IMG/VR virus record: IMGVR_UViG_3300019860_000021
Span: 1 to 63,433 of that record
Source: a virus
DNA: 63,433 bases
Direction: 5' to 3' (one strand)
Shown here: positions 9,088 through 17,213 of the stretch, one piece after another
Layout: every line of letters starts with the position of its first letter
Position numbering within the stretch: the first letter of the stretch is position 1
The notes under the pieces: generated by a model
Seen by the model: the letters and a program-made list of their open reading frames with translations, nothing else
What the model was told of the DNA's origin: nothing
The model's database searches: none
Position numbers and translations under genes: made by a program

Positions 9088-9095
9088 CCCCCTGA

Positions 9096-9133
9096 ATGGA
9101 TTTCCCCAAGCCACAAGGCGCGGGGAAATCCAT
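9096..9133. terminator. 12-bp perfect hairpin between convergent genes
   Basis: atggatttcccc N14 ggggaaatccat. No U-tract. Confidence 0.5.
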
Positions 9134-9149
9134 CCCATCATCCTCGTTC

Positions 9150-9194
9150 TTCTGGCGCGGAGACCCCGGGCTTCAGCCCTGGGGAGGAAGTCAA
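9150..9194 (+). repeat. solo IS200/IS605-type end hairpin
   Basis: 9150-9190 is 41/41 identical to the reverse complement of 25413-25453 (left end of the tnpB element). It ends in GGGGAGGAAGTCAA like the element's right end. Confidence 0.75.
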
Positions 9195-10750
9195 CCCCCC
9201 ACAGGACCGAACACGATACGCACCATCTCCTCCACCGGCGGCCTCGTATTTCGCCCCGGAACCCGCGCAGGCAGCACCCGAATCTCCCTCGTCACTGCCC
9301 GCAGCGCAGCCCTACGCTGGTCCAACTCCCACTCCTGCCACCACGCCCACACATCACTGGCACCCACCAGCTGCCCCACCAGCGGATCCACCAGACGAGG
9401 CGTAGCCTCCTTACGAAGCTGCTCAAGACGACGCTGCAAAGCCCGCTCCCGAGCCGAGGCAATCCGCGGCGTCACCAGCCCCACCGCGACATCCTCCTCC
9501 AGCTGGCGCAGCTCCTCCTCAATTTTGAGGATCTCAGCACGCGCCCGCTCTATCACCCCAGGGTCCTCCTGCACCGCGAACGCCTCGACAACATCAGGCC
9601 GAGACAGCTCCCGGATGAGCAGCGCCTCTACCGCCTCATCCAGCCAGTCGGCACGCCGCGTCACATGCCCCATCGGCGCCCCCTTGTACACGCCGTTACA
9701 CCGGTACCGCCACCTGGCCGGATCATCCCCCGCAGGTCGGCCTCGTCGAGACCGGGGCACGGCTCTGATATCACCGCCGCACACGTCACAGATAGCGATC
9801 CCTGACAACAACCACCGCGCCGCCGCATCCCGAACGTACCGTTGCCCTGTCGCTGCGGACCGTTGTTTAGTGCGGTTGAGCGCGGCCTGCACCTCAGCCC
9901 ACTCCTCCACAGAAAGGATTGGCTCCCACTGGCCCTGGGCGACTTCCTTGCCCTTATAGGTGCGTATCCCCTTGAGTTCGGGGCGGCTCATCACACGGCG
10001 CAGGTTCGCCGGCACCCAGCCCAGCGACACGCGCTCCCTGCCCCTGGAGTCCACGTACTTCTCCCCCGCTACACGACCTTTATCAGTGGGGATACGGCGA
10101 CGGTTCAGCTCTTCTGCGATCCAGCTGAGAGACCTGCCCGCTCGGAGCCAGCGGGCGATCATGCGGATCACCTCGGCTTCATCCGGGTCCGGCTCTTGGC
10201 CGATCAGCCGACCGGTGGCAGGGTCGTAGCGGCGTCGATACCCGTAGCCGGGCACGCCTGCGGGCCTGCCTCGCTCGGCGTTGGCACGCTGGGAGCGGTG
10301 GATGCGTTCGGAGAGCTGATCGACTTCGAGGACGCCTTGGGTGGCCATCATGTCGAGGATGTGCATCTCGTGGGGGTTTTCGGCCCGGTAGACGCTGCTG
10401 CCCACGAGGATGCGGAGCCGACAGTCGATGGCGAGCTCTGCGAATTCTGCCCACTCGGTTCTTCTCCGGGTGGAGCGGGAGAGTTCCCAGAAACCGACGG
10501 CGTCCACCTCGCCGCGGCGGATGATCTGGAGGAGGCGCATCCAGTTGGGACGGTCCGCCTTTGAGTACCGGGATGCGGGGACGTCGTTGTCGGCGAGCTC
10601 GGCGACGATGTCCCAGCCGAGGCGGTCAACGGTGAGGCGGAGATCGGCCAGCTGTTCTTCTACGGATGCTTTTTCTCTGCGGTCGAGAGATACGCGCACG
10701 TAGAGGGCGACGCGGGTGCGCTGGTCTTCTATCAGGTCTGTGTTTTTCAC
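9191..10750 (-). CDS. int: large serine recombinase (integrase)
   Basis: Resolvase-type N-domain VALYVRVSLDRREKAS, recombinase domain, Zn ribbon CDVCGG...RYRCNG and a coiled-coil C-terminus. GTG at 10750 (the ORF track runs to 10969). Confidence 0.9.
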   Translation of the reverse strand: MKNTDLIEDQRTRVALYVRVSLDRREKASVEEQLADLRLTVDRLGWDIVAELADNDVPASRYSKADRPNWMRLLQIIRRGEVDAVGFWELSRSTRRRTEWAEFAELAIDCRLRILVGSSVYRAENPHEMHILDMMATQGVLEVDQLSERIHRSQRANAERGRPAGVPGYGYRRRYDPATGRLIGQEPDPDEAEVIRMIARWLRAGRSLSWIAEELNRRRIPTDKGRVAGEKYVDSRGRERVSLGWVPANLRRVMSRPELKGIRTYKGKEVAQGQWEPILSVEEWAEVQAALNRTKQRSAATGQRYVRDAAARWLLSGIAICDVCGGDIRAVPRSRRGRPAGDDPARWRYRCNGVYKGAPMGHVTRRADWLDEAVEALLIRELSRPDVVEAFAVQEDPGVIERARAEILKIEEELRQLEEDVAVGLVTPRIASARERALQRRLEQLRKEATPRLVDPLVGQLVGASDVWAWWQEWELDQRRAALRAVTREIRVLPARVPGRNTRPPVEEMVRIVFGPVGG

Positions 10751-10767
10751 ATCACTAATAGTGCCAT

Positions 10768-10823
10768 CTCTGGTGTGTCTATGTAATAATATGGTCGCAT
10801 ACTGATAGCTAGACACACCCGAG
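10768..10823. other. candidate attP
   Basis: ctcTGGTGTGTCTA N28 TAGACACACCcgag is a 14-nt inverted repeat with one mismatch (10/10 core). The AT-rich centre lies 18 bp upstream of the int start. Confidence 0.45.
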
Positions 10824-10900
10824 TGGGTGTGGCGGCCCCGAACTGGTGATGCGACCACCAGCCGGGACCTCACCCGATCCTGGAAGGAGCAGGATGGGCT

Positions 10901-11029
10901 ATGAAAAGCGTAGCCGTAGCAGCGGAGGACCGCTGCACCGACCCAGGCCACACGTGGGTCACCATCCAAACGGCGGGCGGCCCGATCGTCACCCGCTGTC
11001 AGACCTGCGGCCGAAAGTGGGAGGGCTGA
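10901..11029 (+). CDS. 42-aa Zn-ribbon-like protein, tentative
   Basis: ATG at 10901 lies 11 nt after AAGGAG: MKSVAVAAEDRCTDPGHTWVTIQTAGGPIVTRCQTCGRKWEG. The stop overlaps the next ATG (TGATG). Confidence 0.4.
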   Translation: MKSVAVAAEDRCTDPGHTWVTIQTAGGPIVTRCQTCGRKWEG

Positions 11030-11412
11030 TGTCCTCCATGCCGCGTTGCACCGTCGTCTCGTTCGGGTACGGGCACGGCCCGGCCCCCGAGGGGGACGTC
11101 ATCGTCGACCTGAGGGAGCTCCTGCACCGTCCCCTCCCTACCGCGTTGCGGACTATGGACGGTCACGACACCTGCATCAAGCACTGGGTGGAGAACACGC
11201 CTGGCGCGTGGGCGGTGATCAACGGCGTCGTGGACATGGTCCGCGCAATCCTCGCTGAAGCCCCGCACCGGAACGTGCAGATCGCGGTCGGCTGCACCGG
11301 CGGTCGGCACCGTTCTGTCGTGGTCGCCGAAAAGATCGGCCGGGGTCTGGAGCAGAGCGGATACCTGGTCGAGGTCGATCACCGGGACATGCACCGCGCG
11401 CTCGTGGCCTAA
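11029..11412 (+). CDS. RapZ C-terminal-domain-only protein
   Basis: SFGYGHGPAPEGDVIVDLRELLHRP...IAVGCTGGRHRSVVVAEKI...DHRDMH parallels the RapZ/YvcJ C-domain (recalled: SFGFKHG..DADYVFDVRFLPNP..AIGCTGGKHRSV). No P-loop N-domain. Confidence 0.7.
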   Translation: MSSMPRCTVVSFGYGHGPAPEGDVIVDLRELLHRPLPTALRTMDGHDTCIKHWVENTPGAWAVINGVVDMVRAILAEAPHRNVQIAVGCTGGRHRSVVVAEKIGRGLEQSGYLVEVDHRDMHRALVA

Positions 11413-11576
11413 TCGGCCACGTCCCGTGTCTGGATTTGACCCACATTTGTTCGTAGCGTCCCCTAGCCCACCTCGTGTGGTGGCTCTGGCACCCGCCCCC
11501 CTTCCCCAGTCGCGAGTCGCGTCCTGGCGGGTGCCGGGGCGGCCACACGGCCGACCCCTCACACAGAAAGGAACAC

Positions 11577-11645
11577 ATGGAAGCTCAGCTCCGCGACTAC
11601 GAGCGGACCCTCAGTCTCATGCGCCACCTGCAGAAGAAGAAGTAG
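11577..11645 (+). CDS. 22-codon micro-ORF, speculative
   Basis: CACAGAAAGGAACAC-ATG gives MEAQLRDYERTLSLMRHLQKKK, followed by a 10-bp GC hairpin. Confidence 0.2.
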   Translation: MEAQLRDYERTLSLMRHLQKKK

Positions 11646-11732
11646 TAGCCGAGGGCGGCCCGCCCGCAGCGTCCCCAAGTCCGGGCGGGCCACGTCCCCA
11701 CCGTTACGCGAACTAGTGAGGAGGTTTCCAGC

Positions 11733-11966
11733 ATGCCACGTCTGCGTCGAAGGGACCTTCTCGCCATGCGTTTGTTCATACTCGCCGCCTACACCGTTGC
11801 CGCTGCGCTGGTCGCGTGGACGGGCCGGGACTCGGCCTGGTGGTGGGTGCTGCACTTCACCGGCGCGCTCGCCGGGCTCTGCGCGGTGTGGATTGCTCTC
11901 GACTCGGTTCCCGCAGACGAGGGCACCCCAGACCAGGCAGAGCAGTACTTCAGGGAGGACAGGTGA
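11733..11966 (+). CDS. small membrane protein (77 aa)
   Basis: GAGGAGG SD. Two hydrophobic segments (LFILAAYTVAAALVAW, VLHFTGALAGLCAVWIAL). Confidence 0.55.
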   Translation: MPRLRRRDLLAMRLFILAAYTVAAALVAWTGRDSAWWWVLHFTGALAGLCAVWIALDSVPADEGTPDQAEQYFREDR

Positions 11967-13492
11967 CAGCAGAGACAGTGGAAGCTGCTGAGGCTGCGCC
12001 GCCGACACCGGGGCCTCCGGTGATCACGGTGACGGCCGAGCCTGTGGACGACGATCAGTCCACCGCCGACGCGACGAAGGAGAAGCAGGAGAAGGAAGAG
12101 GAGGCTCCGTTCCCGGCTGGCCAGGTGCTGTTGGGTGCCGGATCAGCGCTGACCCTCAGCTCGGTGGCGTTGGCGTCCGCGGTGGGCCCGTGGGGCCTGC
12201 TGTTGGCGCCGGGCGCAGTTGCTGTGGGTGGCGGGGTGTTTCTCGCTACCCGGGGCCGGAAGCGTTCAAAGCGCGGCCGTTCCTCCGAGCGCTTTGGTGG
12301 TGCCCGCAGTGGCGCAGGGGCGCGGCCTGTGGGTCGCGTCGGTGGCGCGCGGCTCGGCGGTGGTGGCCGCCGTAGCAGTGGCGGTGGTCGTGGCGGGGTT
12401 TCTCCCACGCATGGTGGGGGTCGTCCTGCTGCGGCCCGGTCGGTGGGGTTGGGTGCGCGGCCTGCTCCGACATCGCGCACTGCCCCGTGGGCTCGTGGTG
12501 GGACTCCTCGTCCCGGTGCTGGTGGGCGCGCGGTGGTAGCGCCGCCGCTGCGGCTGCGCCCTGCTGCGGGTGCTGGTGGCCGAGTGCCAGGTGGTGGCGC
12601 TGGCGTCCGCCCTGGTGGTGGGGCTTCCCGTCGCGTGGGTCGCGGCAGTGGTATGGGCCCGGCTCCCCGCAACCGGTGGGGTGCCTCCCAGCAGCCTTCG
12701 GCGCATCCTCGTGGTGGGCTGCGTCGGGCTGTGCGTGCTGCCGGCCGCAGGGCCGCTGATTGGGCAGATGACCGTAGCGGTCGGCGTCTGTCGACTGGGT
12801 GGCGGGCCGCTAAAGACCAGCCGGGATTCCGCGCGGCGCACAAGGCTGCTCGGGACACGCTCCGCAGCAAGAAGCGGGGGCCTGCTACCGAGGTGGCGGC
12901 GCTGTTGGTGGCGGTCGCGTCATGGCTGCGCAGCCTCTGGGCGCGTCGGCAGGACAGCGGTGGCGCCAAGGAAAAGGACAAAAAGAGCAAGAAGACTGCG
13001 ACTGCGTCGGCTGTGTCGCAGTCGGAAGTGGTATCCCCCGCGGGAGACGCCGACGTCGAGGAAACCCCGCCCAGGGAGACCACCCCTCCTCCCTCGGGTG
13101 AGGAGGACTCCCCCGAACACACATCAACCACCCACACGACTAGAGGAGGTCGAGTGAGCACGTTCCCGCTGCTGGAAATCGCCGCTGAGATGCAGAGCGC
13201 GGCAGCCAAATACAGCCCCGAGACAATGTGGCAAGTCATAGCGGACGCTGAACAGCTGCCCGGGGTGATCGACTCGGTCGCCTCCAGCATCCGCATCTAC
13301 CTGGAGCGGCTGGTGTCAGAACAGTACCCGGTCGACACCGCGGTGATTGACCAGCTCGGCGAGGTGTACCGGAGCCTCAAAACGGCGGCGGCGCAGGCCG
13401 AGGAAGTCGGTCCGATGATCCGCAACATTCACCAGCACGACGTGGACCGGCGTGAGGCGCCCCGCGGGGACGAGACCCGCTGGAACGTCTAA
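11963..13492 (+). CDS. membrane-associated Gly/Arg-rich low-complexity protein with structured C-terminal domain
   Basis: GTG at 11963 overlaps the upstream stop (GTGA). TM-like LLGAGSALTLSSVALASAVGPWGLLLAPGAVAVGGGVFLA, about 200 aa of R/G-rich sequence, then a helical C-domain. Confidence 0.6.
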   Translation: MTAETVEAAEAAPPTPGPPVITVTAEPVDDDQSTADATKEKQEKEEEAPFPAGQVLLGAGSALTLSSVALASAVGPWGLLLAPGAVAVGGGVFLATRGRKRSKRGRSSERFGGARSGAGARPVGRVGGARLGGGGRRSSGGGRGGVSPTHGGGRPAAARSVGLGARPAPTSRTAPWARGGTPRPGAGGRAVVAPPLRLRPAAGAGGRVPGGGAGVRPGGGASRRVGRGSGMGPAPRNRWGASQQPSAHPRGGLRRAVRAAGRRAADWADDRSGRRLSTGWRAAKDQPGFRAAHKAARDTLRSKKRGPATEVAALLVAVASWLRSLWARRQDSGGAKEKDKKSKKTATASAVSQSEVVSPAGDADVEETPPRETTPPPSGEEDSPEHTSTTHTTRGGRVSTFPLLEIAAEMQSAAAKYSPETMWQVIADAEQLPGVIDSVASSIRIYLERLVSEQYPVDTAVIDQLGEVYRSLKTAAAQAEEVGPMIRNIHQHDVDRREAPRGDETRWNV

Positions 13493-13508
13493 GGAGGAGT
13501 GGAGAGCA

Positions 13509-15494
13509 ATGGCGAAGAAGGTGGACTGGGGGCTGAAAAGTAACGGCCCCGTCGTCAACGGCCTCCAGGCCGCCTTGGGCCTGGGCGCGGTGACCGCTGT
13601 GGCCGACTATGCGGCCATCCACCCCATCTGGGCGTTGGGTGCGGCCGCGGTGGGTGCGGGAGGCACGCTGCTGGTGCGGGGCATGCAGTCCCCTAACCGG
13701 GTGATCGCTGACCTGGCCCGGTGGGCGGGTGCTGGGGGCTGGTCGTTCAGCCTGCTCTCGGGGCTCGCTGACTGGAGTGTGGGTTCGGTGGCCACGCTGG
13801 CTGGGGGTGCGGTGCTCGCATCGTGCCTGGGCCCCGCCATTGACCGGCGTGAGCAGGCCGCGGCGGCCGCGCTCGCGTCGGGTGGCATTTCTAGTGGCGG
13901 GTTGATGCTGGGGTCGACTGCGCGGGAGTGCGCGCAGTGGCAGCAGGCTTTGGTCCGCGTGTACGGGCAGGTGCTGCGTGGCGTGGTTGTGGAGAACGTG
14001 CGCGAGTGGCCCAACCGGTACGGAAAAGACGTAGATGTACTTCTGCCTGCGAACGGAGTCACCTCCGATGCGCTGCGCCGTGGCCTTCCCGGGTTGGCCA
14101 CGGTGATGGATTTGCCGCGTGGCTGCCCGATTGAGCTGGTGGAGCCGGAGGGAAGCCGACGGCGCGTGGTGCTGCGGGTGGCCACGGTCAACAGGTTGGA
14201 TGCTGACATTCCCTACCCGGTAGACGGGGCGGGGGTGGAGTCGATCCTGGAGGGCATCCCGTTTGGGGAGCACGCGGACGCGTCGATTGCGTCGGCGCCG
14301 ATCCGTGAGGACTCGTGGCTGATCGTCGGTAAACGCGGGTCGGGGAAGACGACGTTGTTGCACGGGTTGACTGCGACGATCGGCTCCTGTCGGGATGCTC
14401 TGGTGTGGCACATCGATCTTAATGGTGGCAGCCTGACGCAGCCGTGGATCGAGCCGTGGCTGCGGGGTGAGGTGGCTCGTCCTCCGGTGGACTGGGCGGC
14501 GCCCACGGTGGATGAGGCGATCCTGATGATGCGGGCTGCGGTGCGGATGGCTAAGCACCGCAAGGTCGCCTACCGGGGGTTGAAGCGCAAGCACAACGTG
14601 TCGCTGCTGCCTATCAGCCCGGAGCTGCCCGCGGTGGAGATCATCATCGACGAGGGTGCTGAGGCGTTGGCTGCTGCGGGCCGTGGCAAGGTCGCTGAGC
14701 TGGCCAATCTGCTGGCGGAGATCCAGCGGATCGCGCGGGATGCGGCGATTAATGAGGTGATCTCCGCGCTGCGGGGTACGTCGGACCTGATCCCGGCGGC
14801 GATGACGTCGCAGACCGGGGTGTCCATTTGCATGCGGGTGGAGCAGGACAAGGAGCTGGCCGCGGTGTTCGGCTGGCATTCGGGAGTGGACTACCGGGAC
14901 CTGCGCCGCAAGGGCAGTGGGTTCGTCGGCACCGACCGGGGGATCCAGCAGTTCCAGTCGTGGAACATTCTGCCCGCGCAGATTGAGGAGATCGGGGTGC
15001 GGATCTCTCGGCAGCGCCCCGATTTGGATGCGGCGACCGCGCGGGCGGGCGGGGAGGAGTATGCGACCCGCTATGAGCGCATGCGGGAGCTGTTTGAGGA
15101 CCCGGATGCGCTTATCGACCCCGCTGACAGTGACAGCAGTGCTGTGCTGGCGCGTGCGGCGGCTCCGGTGGAGTCTGGCAGATGGACGGTGACTGCTGGG
15201 TGGGATGACCCTGGTGTGCGGCGTGAGCAGGTGCGGGTCGCGCTCGTCCCTGCTCGGGAGGACGAGGACATTGTGGAGCGGATCATCGCGCTGATGGATG
15301 AGCGGGGTGAGGACCGTATCCCTCGTGAGGTGGCCGCCCGGGAGTTGACGGGTGGGGATGATGAGGAGCTGCGCCGCCGGGTGGCTGAGGCTGGTGGGCC
15401 TGCGCCGCGGTCGATTCGCTACCGGGGGTTGCCGGCGCGTGGCTGGTATCGGCGGGATTTGGAGGCGGTGCGGGAGGTGGTGTCACAGGCGTGA
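13509..15494 (+). CDS. FtsK/SpoIIIE-family (TraB-like) DNA translocase
   Basis: AAGGAGG SD before the ATG at 13509. N-terminal TM segments, Walker A IVGKRGSGKTT, Walker B VEIIIDEGAE. Confidence 0.85.
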   Translation: MAKKVDWGLKSNGPVVNGLQAALGLGAVTAVADYAAIHPIWALGAAAVGAGGTLLVRGMQSPNRVIADLARWAGAGGWSFSLLSGLADWSVGSVATLAGGAVLASCLGPAIDRREQAAAAALASGGISSGGLMLGSTARECAQWQQALVRVYGQVLRGVVVENVREWPNRYGKDVDVLLPANGVTSDALRRGLPGLATVMDLPRGCPIELVEPEGSRRRVVLRVATVNRLDADIPYPVDGAGVESILEGIPFGEHADASIASAPIREDSWLIVGKRGSGKTTLLHGLTATIGSCRDALVWHIDLNGGSLTQPWIEPWLRGEVARPPVDWAAPTVDEAILMMRAAVRMAKHRKVAYRGLKRKHNVSLLPISPELPAVEIIIDEGAEALAAAGRGKVAELANLLAEIQRIARDAAINEVISALRGTSDLIPAAMTSQTGVSICMRVEQDKELAAVFGWHSGVDYRDLRRKGSGFVGTDRGIQQFQSWNILPAQIEEIGVRISRQRPDLDAATARAGGEEYATRYERMRELFEDPDALIDPADSDSSAVLARAAAPVESGRWTVTAGWDDPGVRREQVRVALVPAREDEDIVERIIALMDERGEDRIPREVAARELTGGDDEELRRRVAEAGGPAPRSIRYRGLPARGWYRRDLEAVREVVSQA

Positions 15495-15720
15495 CGGGGG
15501 TTGTGTCACTCCCGTGACGCTGTCACACGAGTGTAGCGTTCTGACCTGCGGTAACGCCGTGACGGGGGTGTTGCTGTAGGGGGAGAAACAAGGGGTTTCT
15601 TCCAGGGGCCCTGCTCTTTGGGGTGGGGTGTCACACCGTCACATCGTCACAGAGAAGGAAAGGGTGGCCCGGGGCGACCAAACCGGCGGGCCACCACCCA
15701 CAGAAAGGGGCGACACCATC

Positions 15721-17190
15721 ATGGCATCCACGGTTCCTATGTCAGATGACGTGGCGTTGGAGGAGATCGCCGCGTTTGAGGGGCGGTTGGGTGTAGAGCC
15801 TGGCCGCAACCAGCTGATGTCTGAGTTCGGTTGGGGTGGGTCTCGGGCGTCTCGGCTGCTTCGGCTGTATCGGGAGCGGAAGCAGCGGTCTGGGGCGGAG
15901 GCGGTCCGGTTGCTGCCCGGGCTTGAGGCGGACCGGTCTGAGGTGGTGGTCCAGCAGTCTGGGTCGGAGGCGGTCCGGTCTGGTGCCGTGGACCGGTCCG
16001 GTGAGCAGTCTGGTGAGCAGTCGGGTGGACCGGTCCGGAAGGCTGACGGGGTGGACCGGTCTGTCTCGTCTGGTCTGGGGCGGTCCAGTGAGGCGGTCCA
16101 GTCTGGTGGACCGGTCCAGCAGTCCGGGTCGGAGGCGGTCCGGTCTGTCTCCTCGTCTGGTCCGGTGGTCCGGTCTGGTGGAGCAGTCCGGTCTGACGGG
16201 GCGGCTCGGGGTGAGCAGTCCACCGGTCCGGACCAGGATGCTGCTGTCGGTGTCGAGGCAGCCCAGGCTGGACTGGTCCGGGTAGAAGGGCTGGTCCCGT
16301 CGCTGGACCGGTGCGAGCCTGATCCCTGGGTTGAGGGGTGGACTGGTGGTCCGGCAGACCAGTCCGAGGTGGATGGCGTGGTGGACCGGTCCGGTGTGGT
16401 GGCGCAGGCCAGCATGAGCGGACCGAATACTGGTCCGGTGGACCGGGTCGAGGCTCGGACTGAGTCGGGTGGTCTGGTCCGGTCTACCGCCCGGACGGGT
16501 GTAGCGGACCGGTCCGGTCCGGGGTCCTCTGCTGGTGTGGTGGACCGGTCCGGTCCGGGTGGTGCGGCTGGCCTGGTGGACCGGTCCGGTGGGGTAGTCC
16601 GAGACGAGGTGGACCAGTCCGGTCCAGTGGAGGCCGCCAGTGAACCGGTCCGGTCTGGGTTGGGTGAAGCCGGTCCGGCAGTCCAGGCGCAGCGGACCGG
16701 GGATGCGGACCCGCGGTCCGGCGACGGACCGGACCGCAAGCCGTGGGGGCTCATCATCGCGATCCTTGCGATCAGCCTGTCTGCGTTCACCGCCGTGTGG
16801 GGCGGATGGGTCGGACTAGGCAGAATGGTTGGGTTCGGCAAGGTAAACCTGCTGCCTGGTTTCGTTGCCGATGGTGGGTGGGCCACGATTGACCTGGCGA
16901 TCACCCTGCCCATCGGGATTGAGGCGTATGCGGCGTCCGCGCTGTATGTGGCGGTGGCTGGTCTGGTGCGAGGCGGGAGCCGTTGGTTCGCGGGGAGCAG
17001 TGCTGGGCTCTCGCTGGCCTTGGGTGCGTTCGGTCAGGCTGCCTATCACGTGCTGGATGCGCAGGGCCGCACGGTTGCGCCGGAGTGGATCGTGGTGTTT
17101 GTCAGCGTGTTGCCGGTCGTGGTGCTGGGGATGGCTGGTGTGCTGCTGCACCTGGTGCTGGAGGAGCGTAAGCATCGGCGTCGCCGTTAG
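15721..17190 (+). CDS. repeat-rich protein with C-terminal DUF2637-like (SpdB-like) 4-TM domain
   Basis: ATG at 15721. About 300 aa of degenerate (V/A)(D/R)RSG repeats. C-terminal LIIAILAISLSAFTAVWGGWVGLGRM...LPVVVLGMAGVLLHLV resembles DUF2637 of actinomycete conjugative elements. Confidence 0.7.
   Translation: MASTVPMSDDVALEEIAAFEGRLGVEPGRNQLMSEFGWGGSRASRLLRLYRERKQRSGAEAVRLLPGLEADRSEVVVQQSGSEAVRSGAVDRSGEQSGEQSGGPVRKADGVDRSVSSGLGRSSEAVQSGGPVQQSGSEAVRSVSSSGPVVRSGGAVRSDGAARGEQSTGPDQDAAVGVEAAQAGLVRVEGLVPSLDRCEPDPWVEGWTGGPADQSEVDGVVDRSGVVAQASMSGPNTGPVDRVEARTESGGLVRSTARTGVADRSGPGSSAGVVDRSGPGGAAGLVDRSGGVVRDEVDQSGPVEAASEPVRSGLGEAGPAVQAQRTGDADPRSGDGPDRKPWGLIIAILAISLSAFTAVWGGWVGLGRMVGFGKVNLLPGFVADGGWATIDLAITLPIGIEAYAASALYVAVAGLVRGGSRWFAGSSAGLSLALGAFGQAAYHVLDAQGRTVAPEWIVVFVSVLPVVVLGMAGVLLHLVLEERKHRRRR
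15895..16740 (+). repeat. array of GGACCGGTCC palindromes and CGGTCCGG half-sites
   Basis: Perfect GGACCGGTCC at 15990, 16027, 16108, 16383, 16506, 16542 and 16578. GGTCCGGACC at 16225. Many partial copies. Confidence 0.8.
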
Positions 17191-17213
17191 GCCATGGCCT
17201 GGGAGAATGGAAT

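Noticed and set aside
12055-13296. 413-aa minus-strand ORF, and similar long antisense or overlapping ORFs (15639..16913 -, 17229..18344 +, 17350..18864 -, 20095..21906 -, 25342..26433 -, 44722..45648 +, 48253..49428 +, 34755..35882 +)
   Set aside because: They overlap ORFs with recognisable domains or operon coupling on the other strand or frame. They are Arg/Pro/Gly/Ala-rich, as expected from off-frame translation of very GC-rich DNA. They also lack SD sequences, so I treat them as high-GC artefacts.
15895-16740. CRISPR array (also considered for 62653..62900 and 20431..20690)
   Set aside because: The repeats are 10-16 nt, are contiguous or irregularly spaced without unique spacers of uniform length, and lie inside coding sequence. 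There are no cas genes.
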